DNA of 64,000 nt from Eledone cirrhosa (lineage: Eukaryota): assembly GCA_964016885.1 (NCBI GenBank), contig OZ024743.1, positions 350,486,001 to 350,550,000 on the forward strand, written 5' to 3'. Each line of letters opens with the position of its first letter. Within the stretch, counting starts at the first letter, position 1. Below the pieces are notes generated by a model. It had not been told where the DNA came from. It saw nothing but the letters and a program-made list of their open reading frames with translations, and did not search any database. Of this stretch, positions 25,491 through 39,169 are shown piece after piece. A program made the translations under genes and the position numbers.

Positions 25491-28400
25491 ATGACCTCAC
25501 TCAGAATAGGCAGCATAAATGCGCATGGCTTGGGGTCGTCATGGAAGCAGGGCCACCTGCTCAACGACCTCAGTCACTAAACATAGATGTAGTGGCCATC
25601 AGCGAGACCAAAATCTCCGAAGCACGGGCCTTCGCACCGATCTTCGGCAGCTACGATGTGTACGCAACTCCCAGCCGTCCGGGATCGGGGGGAGGAGTTG
25701 CTGTGCTTTTTCGGAGATGTTTGGATCTTGCCATACGGGCCATCTTCCTGGACCCAGAAGATAAGTTGGTGGTGCTGGACATGACCAGCGGAGACGGGCA
25801 AGCTTTCAGGTTAGTGGCCGTCTATGCCCCGACAGGAGCAGGGCGGCCTGATTTCTTCCGGCGTCTGGAGGCCTTTCTTGGAACGTCCCGCTCTTTAGTG
25901 TTAGTGGGCGACTGGAACGGGATCTTAGATGCACGCGGGGATTGTGTGGGATTAGTGGATAGGGGAGGAGGGTGCAAGAGTCTCACCAACCTGCTCAGGC
26001 GTTTTGAACTGTCTGACATGTACCGATTGGATTTCCCGAATGTACCAATGTGGACTTGCACAAATCGCATAGGGTCATCCAGATCATATCTAGATAGAGT
26101 ATTTTGTAGGGAAATAGATAGGTCTAGCATAGGCTGTCCACAATTCAAGATAGTCAGCTACACAGACCACAAATTCGTGATCTGTGTGCTTGACTTAGAT
26201 AGGCTTCATAGACGAGGACCCGGATGCTGGAAGCTAAACGGGTCCTTACCAGCGCGCAAGGCCTACAGAGACCGGATTAGCGAACTAGTTAAGCGGGCGT
26301 TGACGGGGGCCATCGTCAACAACAAGTGGTGGTTTGCTCTGAAAAGAGCAATTAGAATAGAGTCCATTAGGTTTAGTAAGGCTTTAGCAATAGAGAAAAA
26401 TAGAGCAGAGGGAGAATTAGTTAGAAAATTAGACGAGGCCCTTTGCAAAGGCATCGCGACCGACGTACTTGCGGCGAAATTGGCCCATGACCAATTCTTC
26501 AATGTAAAGCACGAAGGCTGCGTTGTCAGAGCTAGGGTGCGTGCTCTCAGACACGAAGGGACGAAAGCCGTTCAATGGGCCCGAGTGGCGGAGGCTCGTC
26601 GTGGCAACAAAGCCACGATCCAGTCTTTGGTGGACCACGACAGGCGCATGCTACTCGATCCCGGGAAAAATGTGTGAAGCTTTTCAGCGACACTTCGCTC
26701 AACTGTTCGGGGGCAGCGGCGGGCCGGATCGAGGGATGGACTTTAGTGTCTACCTCGACGGCCACTGAAGCGGAGTGTTGCGAAAAGCCGATAACAGCCG
26801 CTGAAGTACGGGAGACAATGACTGGCTGCACAAGGGGTAAATCGCCTGGTTTGGATGGTCTGCCCTATGAACTTTACGTACAAATGCCAAGACTTGTTCG
26901 GAGGCCTCTTGGCGGACGTCTACTGCAACTGGTAACAGAACGGGAGAATTCTCAGCTCTGTGAACTGAGGAGCGGTGGCGCTGCTGAGAAAGGATCCGAA
27001 CAAGGGGGATAACATAGATAATTTTAGGCCCATAACTCTGCTAAACACAGAGTTCAAGATTTTGGCCAAGGTGCTAGCAAAGAGGTTGGCGCTTGTCGTT
27101 GGTGGTCTGGTGGGAGAGGCGCAGACATGCGCCATTCCCGACAGATCCATCCACGACAACCTCCACCTCATGCGATACATCGTAGAGAGGGTAGCTAGGG
27201 AACCTGGCACGGGTGGGTCTTTGATCAATTTAGATCAGTCGAAAGCCTTCGATAGGGTCGACCATCGTTACCTAGCGGTAGTCCTGAGTGCGGCTGGCTT
27301 TGGGCTCGTCTTCAGAGGCTGGATCACTGCCATGCACAGCGACATCTGCTCTGTGGTGAGAGTGAACGGTCACCTTTCGGAACCGTTCAACATCATGCGC
27401 TCGGTACGCCAGGGATGTCCCCTCTCGTCCCTCTTGTACGTATTGACTCTCGAGCCATTACTGCACAAACTGGAGACGTTAAGGGGAGTCCCGCGCGAAC
27501 TAGGATGCGGAAGATCCGTGTCAGCATATGCGGACGATGTCACCGTAGTGGTGTCGAACGCCAAACACATCGAGGCGATCGGCACTACACTAAGAGAATA
27601 CGAAGCGGTGACAGGAGCAATGATCAACCAGGAAAAGTCAGTGGGCCTGCAGCTCGGCACCTGGAGAGGCAGGTCCATGCCGTCCAACAGCGTCGTCGGG
27701 CGCTGGACGGACGGACCGGTTAAATTGCTAGGGGTCTGGTTCAGTCCGGACCTCCAGACGGACAAAAACTGGGACGAGGTGACGAGCAGGGTGGCTTCTC
27801 TCACCCAGAAATGGGCCGGGAGGAAGCTATCCCTGAAAGGTCGAGCGGAGGTGGCTAACGCGTACATCGCGTCCGTCATCTACTACCGCCTGACCGTCGT
27901 ACCTTGTCCTAATCCCCGCCTGACTGCGCTGGAGCGTTTGCTCTTACGCTTTTTGTGGAAGGGACGCGCTCCGATGGTCAGGCGGTCCATCTGCTGTCAA
28001 CACCCGCTACGTGGAGGGCTGGGCATGCCGTGGCTGATGATGCGCAGACACGCGCTCAGGCTACGACATCTCCACCTCTTCCTCAACGGTGATCAGGTGT
28101 GGTCGCCGTTTGCTAGACGCGTCTTTCCCCAGCTCGTCTCCTTGACGGAGCTGCAGTCCTGGGTGAAGCAAAGACCGAGATGGAGCGCTTGGAGACTGGA
28201 ATGTTTTCAGGCGCTCACAGCCATCGACCAATCGGGCAATGTGATCGGTGGAAACTCCACCCTGGCGTTCTATAGAGGATTAGTAGAGGGGAAGAGCGAC
28301 GACGTACTTGGAGAAACTCTAGGCGTCGACGAAAATCAACTAGCCAATCTCTTCGGAAGGACTTTCGGGCCGGGGCCTATGGACAACTTCCAGAAATCCC

Positions 28401-28894
28401 TGGCCTGGCAGTGCTACCGGGAAGCTTTGCCAGTTCGGGATAAACTCTACAGGCATGGAGGTGCAGTCATCCGGGCATGTCCGAGATGCGCGCAGGGCGA
28501 CGAAACCGTCCTACACGCACTCGTCCAGTGTCCGAAAATTGCTGACTTGTGGGTTTATGTCGAACACCTGCTGTCACGTGTAGGACGGATCCAGCTATCA
28601 GCTGAGTCCATCGTGAGGATTGCCCCGCCCTCTTCCTTTAGCCGGGAAGGGCAAGCAGTTTTTATCTGTCTGGTGGCCATGGCGAAAGAGATAGTATGGT
28701 GGACACGTTTGAAAGGGCTGAAGACGAGCACTTACCTCTTCGGTGATGCCCTGATTAACTTTTTCAAATTTCATTTGAAAAGGAAAATCAGGGTAGAGAG
28801 GGAAGTGCTCTCTTCCCAGCATTTTGTTGAAAGATGCGTGAGAGAAGCAAGTATGGCCCGAGTGAATGGGCCTACTCTGAGTATGTGTCTGTAA
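25491..28894 (+). pseudogene. LINE copy 2 ORF2 (endonuclease-RT); RT-to-end part (26975-28894) open for 639 aa
   Basis: ATG 25491 MTSLRIGSIN, frameshift near 25572; FRPITLLN, LDQSKAFDRVDH, VRQGCPLS, YADD, GGLG, CPRC..ETVLHALVQC; stops at 26933 and near 26966. Confidence 0.93.
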
Positions 28895-29136
28895 ATTAAA
28901 GATGGATAACTGGGAGAGGGCACTTGCCCTGGTGGTCAGGGTCACTGTGGTCTTTTAATGGGCTTTCTCCACAAATGTCCCTCGGAAGTCTCCTCCCTAT
29001 TGGGGAATCTTTCTTTGTTATTTTATTACATCCTCTGTTTTTTTACACGCAGAAATGCCCATTTCTACCGTCCTGTATTCTCCTGTACTGTCCTTAATGT
29101 CTACTTTATGTGAACCCTTGTGGTTAATAAAGAAAA

Positions 29137-29173
<37 letters not shown>

Positions 29174-29268
29174 AACGACAAGTATCTGAGCGTCAGCAAG
29201 AGAGTCGAACTTTCCCAAGCACTACAGTTGTCAGAAACCCAAATAAAAACTTGGTTTCAAAACAGAAG
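29174..29268 (+). CDS. Abox: Homeobox exon (homeodomain positions 22-53) of an ANTP-class Abox/ceh-19-like transcription factor
   Basis: ttcag|AAC...AGA AG|gtaaat encodes [31 protein letters not shown](R). DKYLSV.KR..LS and IKTWFQNRR match the ceh-19/CG34031 (Abox) family from recall. Too short for the ORF track. Confidence 0.9.
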
Positions 29269-30298
29269 GTAAATATTATTGTTGTTGTTTTCGATATTTT
29301 GTGATAAATGTGGAATTTCCTCTCTTTTCCCTTCTACTTGTCTTCCTCCCCCCTCTCTCCCCATCTTCCTCTTTCTCTATCCATCTGTTTTCTTTTGTTT
29401 TATACCAATCTCTTCCTTTTTATTGCTACACCAGCGCGGTACAGATTTCCATCAAATGACATTTTTCACCGAACTGTTTTTTATAGAAATTATTTTTCAT
29501 CAACACGACTTTACATAAAGGCAATTTCTTTTAGGATAATAGCAGAATTTGTTTGGCAACAGCATCCACTACAATATTATTGCCACTTCATCATAGATGG
29601 ATAATTCATTTCCAGATAATGAAGAATTTCCCTCAAATCATTGTAGCAGCTTCTATGTCGTCACTTGATCTGCTAGGAATGGCAGCAAAACATCATTAAA
29701 ATCATACCCCAGCATCATCAAATATACATAAATACATTGGTCAATGTAGTGCCTGATACACAAAGGAAAATGTGGTAGTAAATACTGACCGACTTTGAAC
29801 AAATCTATTAAGTCAATCTAAGCAGTATTGAAGGGTGCCGAGTGTACCTGAACGCAAGCGGTGAATTGGTAAAGTCGTCAAAATGTATGAAAAAATACCT
29901 TGTGACAAAACTAATGAACGATACAGAAGGTTTGGAGAGGGGATATTTCCATGCATGAATAATTGATGATGCTAAACTTAATCAATCGTTCGATTGAACA
30001 CCTCCACCTGACTCTTGAATTACTTTAGTAGTAAAGTCGTCTGCCACAAGCATTCGACCTAGGTCTTGCTCTCTTTTTTCCACCAGTCTCTAAAAGACCA
30101 TAAACAACATATATATATATATATATTTTCAGTGTGGTCTACTCTTGGTGGTAGGGTCCGTCTCGTAGATAGAACTCAATGTATTTCAATGGCGTGTAAT
30201 CCAGTAAAATCCATAGAAAATTTCCGATTCCACTGAGTTAATTCCTTAGATACAGAGTCAGATATTAGCTATTGAATTAACAACAAAGTGAAATTAGT

Positions 30299-30501
30299 TT
30301 ACCTATGCATATCATTGTTTTACGATCGTTTCGTAGGGTTGATCATATTGTTTCGGATTGTTTCCGAAGAAGACGGTCTGATCAAACCTATATATGAGGT
30401 CTGATAGTATACAGTTATATAACTGCTATAGATCAGACAATATGTCAATATGATCACCCCCCCCCCCGAAACGATCGTAAAACAATGATATGAATAAGTA
30501 A
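30299..30501. mobile_element. MITE-like element with ~50-bp terminal inverted repeats
   Basis: CATATCATTGTTTTACGATCGTTTCG..TGATCATATTG versus CAATATGATCA..CGAAACGATCGTAAAACAATGATATG. A related element lies at 51739-52133. Confidence 0.7.
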
Positions 30502-30564
30502 AATAACTTGACTTTGTTGTTTTTATTTTCATTGCTAATTTAATACCTTATATATATATATATA

Positions 30565-33500
30565 CTAGCAGAAGTACCCGGCGCAGCCCGGGTGTAAGTC
30601 GACCTTTGCTCTGTTGTTAAAATGTGTGAAAATTACTTCCCGCGCATCACAGGTGTAAAAACCTTCGAACCTCAAGGAAAAAAACAGAGGTTAGTAGACG
30701 CAGGTGTGTAATTGAGCATAAATAATGGATCAATTGCAGGTTCACAGTGTATCGTTGAAATTGTTTTTTGCACAACTGAAATTGAATTTTCAGTTGATTT
30801 TTAAAGCAGGGTGAAAAAGACAGTTTTCAAAAAAAATCGGACGTTCCTGTAAAAGGTTTTCCCATGTGCAACTTTGTCTTATTTTTTGCGCAAAGTCGAA
30901 CCCCTGCTTCAGTTTTATTGATTTTTTACATGAATGCGTGACCTCTGAAGTAGATTTGAGTAGCTAAAAACCTGTCCCGGTAAATTTGCTATAGGTGAAA
31001 AAAAGTTGAACAAAATTGTGTCTAGGGTTATTGCCCTTTGCAACAGCCTCAACGTGTCTTCAAGTATGGTTTGTTAATTTGTGGAACTAAATCGACTTTC
31101 GTCAAATCGGACCGAGAAAACAATGTTTCCATTTGTCTTTCTAGCTGGTGTACCCGGTTACACTCGGGGTTATAAGGCGCTGGATTTAAACGGGTCTGCG
31201 CTAAATTCCAGCAGGATGCTTTAACCGAAATAAATGAAGAACAAACGTTTCTTTTTGTGCTCCAATCTGTGATATTGGTATTTTGAAAAAATAGTCCACA
31301 AACATCCATGGAGCATGTGTAAAAAGCTATGAGAAAAAGGGTTTTCGATTCTCCATTCATAAGATACCAAAACATTTCACGCAAATAAACCGGGATTTTA
31401 AGGCACTGCCCAATTCATAGCTGAAAGGTAAGAATCAAGTGGAATAATGTTTTGCGACATTGTCAAATGTACAACCGAACAAAAGCAAAGGATATAGCCA
31501 TTGAAATCTAGGTAGACCAAAGAATTTGGTGGGATTGTATATCAGAGGATTGTTTTCCTTGTGATTCGCGTCTAGCCTACAAAGCGAAGTTAGATGATTG
31601 TAGTCGGTGTTGTATCAATAAAAAATAAAAGCATACGGAAGACTGAACACTTACGAATTAAGTGAAAATCACGTTGATATTCCTATCGGAGCAACATGCA
31701 CCGAAAAACCTGACGGACTGTTGTGTCAATATTGATATCATAGAAATTACGAATGACCGACCTCTAAGATGTAATGGATAGGCCTTGGAGGTGAAGAGGA
31801 AGAATTAGTACAATTTTTTAGCTGAACATGTTGACCATTAATTTAAATAGACTTACGCAGTATCATCGTGCGGTTTTTTTGTTTATGGCCTAGAATGAGG
31901 GCCGGTTAAAAGCGGCAGAAAAATAAGCCATGCTGGTGATGTTTAGGGGCGTCGTAGGGAATAGATGCGGCGTTGTGAGTCAATTGTGAGGACAGTGGAA
32001 GGCACGCTGATCGCTTGAGAAGACGCGATGCTACACAGGATGCTTCTCGGCCATAATTGACAGAAAGGCATGTCAAGAGAAATGAAAGAGTTGCTATTCA
32101 CCCTTTGCTTAGCATGATGAACATGTAATTAAAAAGATTTATCATGGACTAGGGATGCAACATGATGAGGCATGACGTAACGGCAGGGTGCATGGCGGCT
32201 GACAGGACGTGGATGCGGCATGCCAATTGAGTTGCACCTCGGGAATGTAGAGAGCACCAGGAGGCACGATGATTGTTTGAGAAAACCGGGTGCAAGGCAG
32301 GATGTTTATCGGTCATCATAATCGGTAGGCTTTGGAGGACAAAGGGATGAATTTTTGTTTAATTTTGTTAAATATGGTCAAAATGAATGTAAAAGACTTA
32401 CACAGGATCGTATTCATGTTCGGTGCTGTCTTTGGTCTGAGATAATGGGCGGTTATGTGCGGTGCAGGAATAAACCATGCTGATGACATTTGAGAAAGTT
32501 GCTGATAGGGCAGGAATGCCGCATGTTGAGCCATGGCAGTCGTGAGGGACCAAGGCGTGCGGGCAAGGGAGAGGGCAGGGGTTGACAGTGGCAGAGATGC
32601 AGCTTGGTTAGGCATGACAATCTTGAAGGAGCACGGCGGGCAGGCAAAATAAAGGGCTGAGGAAGGGATGGCGGCTGACAGATCATGGATGCGGCATCGT
32701 GAGGCATAACGATGCAGTGGGTCGACGGCGTGCAAGGGAGGGAGATGGCTGAGATTGACGGTTGCAGGGATTCCGCATGGTGAGCCATGGCACTGGTGAA
32801 GGACCAAGGCGTGCGGGTAAGGGAGGTGGCAGGGGAGGGCATGGCGGCTGACAGAGCATGGATGCGGCATGGTGAGGCATGACGATGCACTGGGACGACG
32901 GCGTGCAGGGAAAGGAGAGGGTAGGACTTGATGGTGGCAGGCATGCGGCTTGGTTAGGCATGGCAGTCTTGAAGGAGCACGGCGGGCAGGAAAAAGAAAG
33001 GGCTGAGGAGGGGATGGTGGCCGACAGGGCAGTAATGCGGCATGGTGAGGCATGACGATGCAGTGGGACGACGGCGTGTAGAGAAGGGAGAGGGCAGGGG
33101 TTGACGGTGGTAGGGATGAGGCTTGGTCAGGGATGGAAGTCTTGAGCTCTCCCGGAGTGTAGGCAATGGAAATAGGCAGGGATGGACGGTGGCAGGGATT
33201 CGGCATGTTGAGCCGTGGCAGTCCTTAGGGACCACGGAGGGCAGGCAATGGAAAGGGCCGAGGAATGAATTGCGGCTGACAGGGCAGAGATGCGCATGGG
33301 GATGCACAACGATGCAGTGGGTCGATGGCGTGCAGGGAAGGGAGAGGGCAGGAGTTGGAGGATGCCTCATTATGCTACGGTAGTGGGACCACGGGAATGA
33401 AGAGAGCGCATGGAGGCTCGATGATCGCTTGAGAAGACTGGGAGCAATACAGGATGATGCGCGGCGGTATAGTCTTGATAGTCCTTATATAAGAAATGGA

Positions 33501-34023
33501 AGAATCGGCATATAAGGTTTGCTGAATATGGTGAGCGTTAATTTAAAGAAACTTACGGTGGATAATCCTGATAGATTGAACGTTTTTTGCATGGCGGGAG
33601 TCGCGACAAATGCAAGCAAGAAGAATGGCGTTTTTCGGTTGCCCGACATTTGCCTCTGGGGGTCCGATGAGAATTTCAAGTAGCCCACGTTGATCCCCGC
33701 AATTTCATTGGAACCGGACAAATTTCGTAAATATCGAATTTTGCCTCTGGCGATCCAATTATCGATTTTTCGAAATTTTAATGTAGCCCACGTTCATTCC
33801 CAGTTCAAAATACACACTTGCCTCGAGTTTCATCGAAATCGGACGATTTTTGAAAATATCGATTTTTGGCTCCTGGGGGAATTGATTATCGATTTTTCGA
33901 AAATTTCAAGTAGCCTATTCCAATCTACAGGTCGAGATTTATATATGTGTCAAGTTTCATGAAAATCGGATGAACGGGACACCAAACAAACAAACAACGC
34001 CTAACTTCACTTTATATACAAGA
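30565..34023 (-). mobile_element. Non-autonomous Helitron (3459 bp)
   Basis: Minus strand begins A|TCTTGTATATAAAG at 34023 and ends with hairpin ACCCGG-gctgcg-CCGGGT, 7 nt, then CTAG|T at 30565. A|T target, no TSD; no RepHel ORF seen. Confidence 0.88.
32450..33370. repeat. GC-rich degenerate minisatellite inside the Helitron (~58-bp subunits, ~173-bp higher-order period)
   Basis: GTGAGGCAT(A/G)ACGATGCA-TGGG recurs at about 32699, 32872 and 33045. Confidence 0.75.
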
Positions 34024-34293
34024 TGTATGAATATGTATGAATAAACTCAGAAAACAAAGGAGTCCACTCAAAAATTTGTTTCAGTTCACTTGTATTTTTA
34101 AGAGGAGTTCCCCTCTACTTTGGACTCAAAAGCAACCTCATTCCGCTTTGCAGCAATCGGAGTTTTAAATATTACGCACTATGTTGTACCGGTCACACAC
34201 ACACACACACACACAACCAGTCTCACTATCTCTAACTCCCCGCACCCACAGACACATACAAATTAACCTTATCTTTTCACTTTCTGTTCAAAT

Positions 34294-34480
34294 AATTGTT
34301 TCAACTTTTGGCACAAGGCCAGCAATTACCCCAGTGCATGACTGGTACTTTATTTTATCGACTTCGTAAGGATGAAAGGCAAAGCTAACCTCGGCAGGAT
34401 TTGAACTCAGACCGCAAAGGGCCGTGACTCTGTGCGGCAAAGCATGGCGTCCGACCCTCTACTGAGACTGCCAATCCACA
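34294..34480 (-). mobile_element. SINE copy of the abundant family
   Basis: Reverse complement of the core: ACTGGTACTTTATTTTATCGAC..GTAAGGATGAAAGGCAAAG. Confidence 0.8.
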
Positions 34481-34872
34481 GCCCTGTTCAAATAATGGTG
34501 TCTAATTAAGACACATCGTGAGTAAATTTGTAATGTGGGTTATACTTGACGGTTACTTTAATTTAATGACCTCGGTGTCATTTAAGCTCAGAATGTAAAG
34601 GGACAGTAACAATACTGCAAAGCAGTCTGACGTTCTAACGATTCTGACAATTTCTCATTCTAATTATATTCATACTATATATACAATTATGTCTACCATA
34701 ATAAGAGTATCATACATGAATCATTCCTTTTTAAGATAGGAAGTTATCACCCTTTCATCTGTTAGCCAACGTCGCCTTCGGAGTTCCTCTACTCACCCTT
34801 AGAAATACGTTGCGTCTTCTACTATGCGTGTTTCATTTGGGCGTGACTTGAAGTTACTAATAAAATGAATGA

Positions 34873-35335
34873 TGAATCCCATACTTGTCAGTCTGTGATG
34901 ACATTTTTTTATCGACTACTATTTGCTAAAACTCATAACATGAAAATTAAGATTTTTATTTTAAATGAAAGATCTTAGTTTTAAATTAAGATCGTTATTG
35001 ATTTCCTTTTCGTTCAGTGAGTCACGATTTTCATTTGAAATCATGACTAACTATAACTCGGTCATCTTAAACTGAAAATTGATCAATGCAAAATGTTTAT
35101 CTAATACTCTTCGGAAATTAAATCTTATTCGTAACCAGACCTTTTCTCCGCAGAAAAATTACACAACACCTAAAAATGAATGATAAATTCATTTTTAGGT
35201 GTTGTGTTAATAAAGATCTTAATTTAAAACTATGATCTTTCATTTAAAATAAAAATCTTAATTTTCATGTTATGAGTTTTAGCAAATAGTAGTCGATAAA
35301 AAAATGTCATCACAGACTGACAAGTATGGGATTCA
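34873..35335. repeat. ~120-bp inverted repeat with an internal 21-bp perfect hairpin (35161-35207)
   Basis: 34873-34993 is the near-perfect reverse complement of 35215-35335. Confidence 0.85.
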
Positions 35336-35389
35336 AAGACGAGACAGGGAGGCTATTGGTCGCAGGTCAAAAAGAAAACCTTTACTCTA

Positions 35390-35655
35390 GAGACTGCCTG
35401 GAAATATCAGATTTAGGCTGGTCTGTTCTACCCCATCCACTATATTCACCAGACCTTGCACCAAGTGATTTCCAATTTTTTCGTTCTTTACAAAATGCTC
35501 TGAATGGCAAAAGATTTTCCAAGAACATCAATTGAAAACGTTTGTGGAAACTTCTTGAGATCGAAACCATCTGAATTTCACTTGAAAGGAATCAACAAGT
35601 TACCTGATAAATGGCAAGATGTGATTCAAAATAATGGCGAATATACTTTTGATTG
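35390..35655 (+). mobile_element. Mariner transposase C-terminal remnant
   Basis: LGWSVLPHPLYSPDLAPSDFQFFRSLQNAL ... GINKLPDKWQDVIQNNGEY. Confidence 0.9.
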
Positions 35656-35779
35656 AAATTACTAGTAATAAATTACTGTCTTTCACTATTTAGGGTATAA
35701 AATATATTTAACTATAAAAGGTTTTAGTATATACATAACCATAAATAGTATCCTTAATACTATATATATATATATATTT

Positions 35780-35863
<84 letters not shown>

Positions 35864-35965
35864 GTCAATACTCATCTTTTTCCATTTCTCCGACGGTTCT
35901 TAACCCCACTATGAGGCTAAATAATTTCTTTAATTTCTTTAGTCAAAATACGGCGATAGCTAACA

Positions 35966-36037
<72 letters not shown>

Positions 36038-36370
36038 TATTAATACAATAACAGAGATAGTTTAAAGCTAATCTCTGAGTAGTAACCATCTCACTCAACA
36101 AACATTAGGTTATATTTTAATATAAACCCAATTTAAGTGTTTGGGGTGCTAACAATATGTATTATGTGGAAAAGCCAGTTGTATTATTTTATGAGATATA
36201 ACTAAAGTTAAAATATATCTCTCTTTCCAAACAATTGTTTCATTATAAGTTTTCTACAAATTCGGAGAATATTTACAGTTTATGTAGAAGCCTAATATAC
36301 ATTCTGTAAGAATATATTTAGGTGGGCGTTTATAAATCATCAGTGGAAGCCCATTAAACTTTGATATAAG

Positions 36371-36410
<40 letters not shown>

Positions 36411-36599
36411 CATATATATATTATATATATATATATATGGAATAGAATGAAACAAAATTTCATTTCTCACTCTTAGTGCGGCACTTACTTAAATGTAAGT
36501 AAGTATGTACGTATACGTACATACATATATGTATACAGACGTACAGTAGTATGTATATATATACATACATGTACACATATATATATGCACGTATAGATA

Positions 36600-37712
<1,113 letters not shown>

Positions 37713-37778
37713 GTGCATATATATATATATGTGTACATGTATGTATATATATACATACTACTGTACGTCTGTATACAT

Positions 37779-38870
37779 ACGATGTACTAGTTTCAAGCTT
37801 ATTAGCTATCGCCAGCATCGTATACCTTCCTGCCAGATGGTGGAACGTCTGAAAGTATATAATTTCCTTATGCATATTAACGGCTGAGCAGCCTAATTTG
37901 CATATCGAATGAGTTCAGTCAGCTGGGCGCACCGAAAACGATAAATGGAATAGAATGAAACGAAATTTCATTTCTCATTCTTAGTACGGCACTTACTTAA
38001 ATGTAAGTATGTATGTACGTATACGTACATACATATATGTATACAGACGTACAGTAGTATGTATACATATACATACATGTACACATATATATATGCACGT
38101 ATCGGTTTACCGAATATTTATTGTAATACTCGGTTTGTTTGTAAACAAACAAACAGCCCGAATTACGCCGTACGGTGTTTAGGCAACCACGTCATCTTTT
38201 TGTTCAACACTGACACAGGAACGATGTACTAGTTTCAAGCTTATTAGCTATCGCCAGCATCGTATACCTTCCTGCCAGATGATTGAACGTCTTAAAGTCT
38301 GAAAGAAGAGTGAGAAATTAAATTTCGTTTCATTCTATTCCATTTATCGTTTTTGGTGCGCCCAGCCGACTGAACTCACTCGATATGCAAATTAGTCTGC
38401 TCAGCCGTTAATATGCATAAGGAAAGTATATACTTTCAGACGTTCAACCATCTGGCAGGAAGGTATACGATGCTGGCGATAGCTAATAAGCTTGAAACTA
38501 GTACATCGTTCCTGTGTCAGTGTTGAACAAAAATGTGACGTGGTTGCCTAAACACTGTACGGCCTAATTCGGGCTGTTTGATTGTTTACAAACAAACAAA
38601 CCGAGCATTATAATAAATGTTCGGTAAACCGATACGTGCATATATATATGTGTACATGTATATATATATATATGTGTACATGTTCCTGTCTCAGTGTTGA
38701 ACAAAAAGGTGACCTGCGTAATTCAGGCTGTTTGTTTGTCTATAATAAATGTTCGGTAAACTGATACGTGCATATATATATATATATGTGTACATGTATG
38801 TATATATATACATACTACTGTACATCTGAATACATATATGTATGTACGTATACGTACATACATACATACA
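37779..38870. repeat. Retrozyme-like 442-bp unit: tandem copies on - followed by an inverted copy on +; further fragments at 36438-36595 and 37709-37778
   Basis: ACGATGTACTAGTTTCAAGCTTATTAGCTATCGCCAGCATCGT at 37779 and 38221 (period 442), and its reverse complement at 38467-38509. Confidence 0.85.
38442..38528 (+). ncRNA. Type I hammerhead variant (core CTGGCGA)
   Basis: Stem I ACGATG/CATCGT, extended by CTGGCAGGA/TCCTG-TCAG and GTTCAAC/GTTGAAC. CTGGCGA 38473-38479; stem II AGCT-aata-AGCT; GAAA; A-CTAG-T; predicted cleavage after GUA at 38503. Confidence 0.7.
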
Positions 38871-38872
38871 TA

Positions 38873-38959
<87 letters not shown>

Positions 38960-38993
38960 ATATATATATATATTATAACATATATAAAGCAGG

Positions 38994-39034
<41 letters not shown>

Positions 39035-39169
39035 ATGTGAGGGAGAGGGGAAAAACCGCAGTGTCACCATTCAGGATATTGAGTATATTTATTTGTTGCC
39101 ACATTTCCTATTGGGTTTTATTTCTAACAAAATAACACGGCACACTACGTTACTTGTAATATCATCTAG

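Larger units (their letters stand above)
23319..29170 (+). mobile_element. Tx1/L1-type LINE copy 2 (about 5.85 kb), near full length, inserted in (TTA)n
   Basis: (TTA)n at 23289-23318 on the left and 29138-29170 on the right; ORF1 + ORF2; AATAAA at 29126-29131. Confidence 0.92.

Noticed and set aside
32316-33370. Pro/Cys/His-rich minus-strand ORFs up to 296 aa
   Set aside because: Products of the GC-rich minisatellite, open in several frames, no domain signal.
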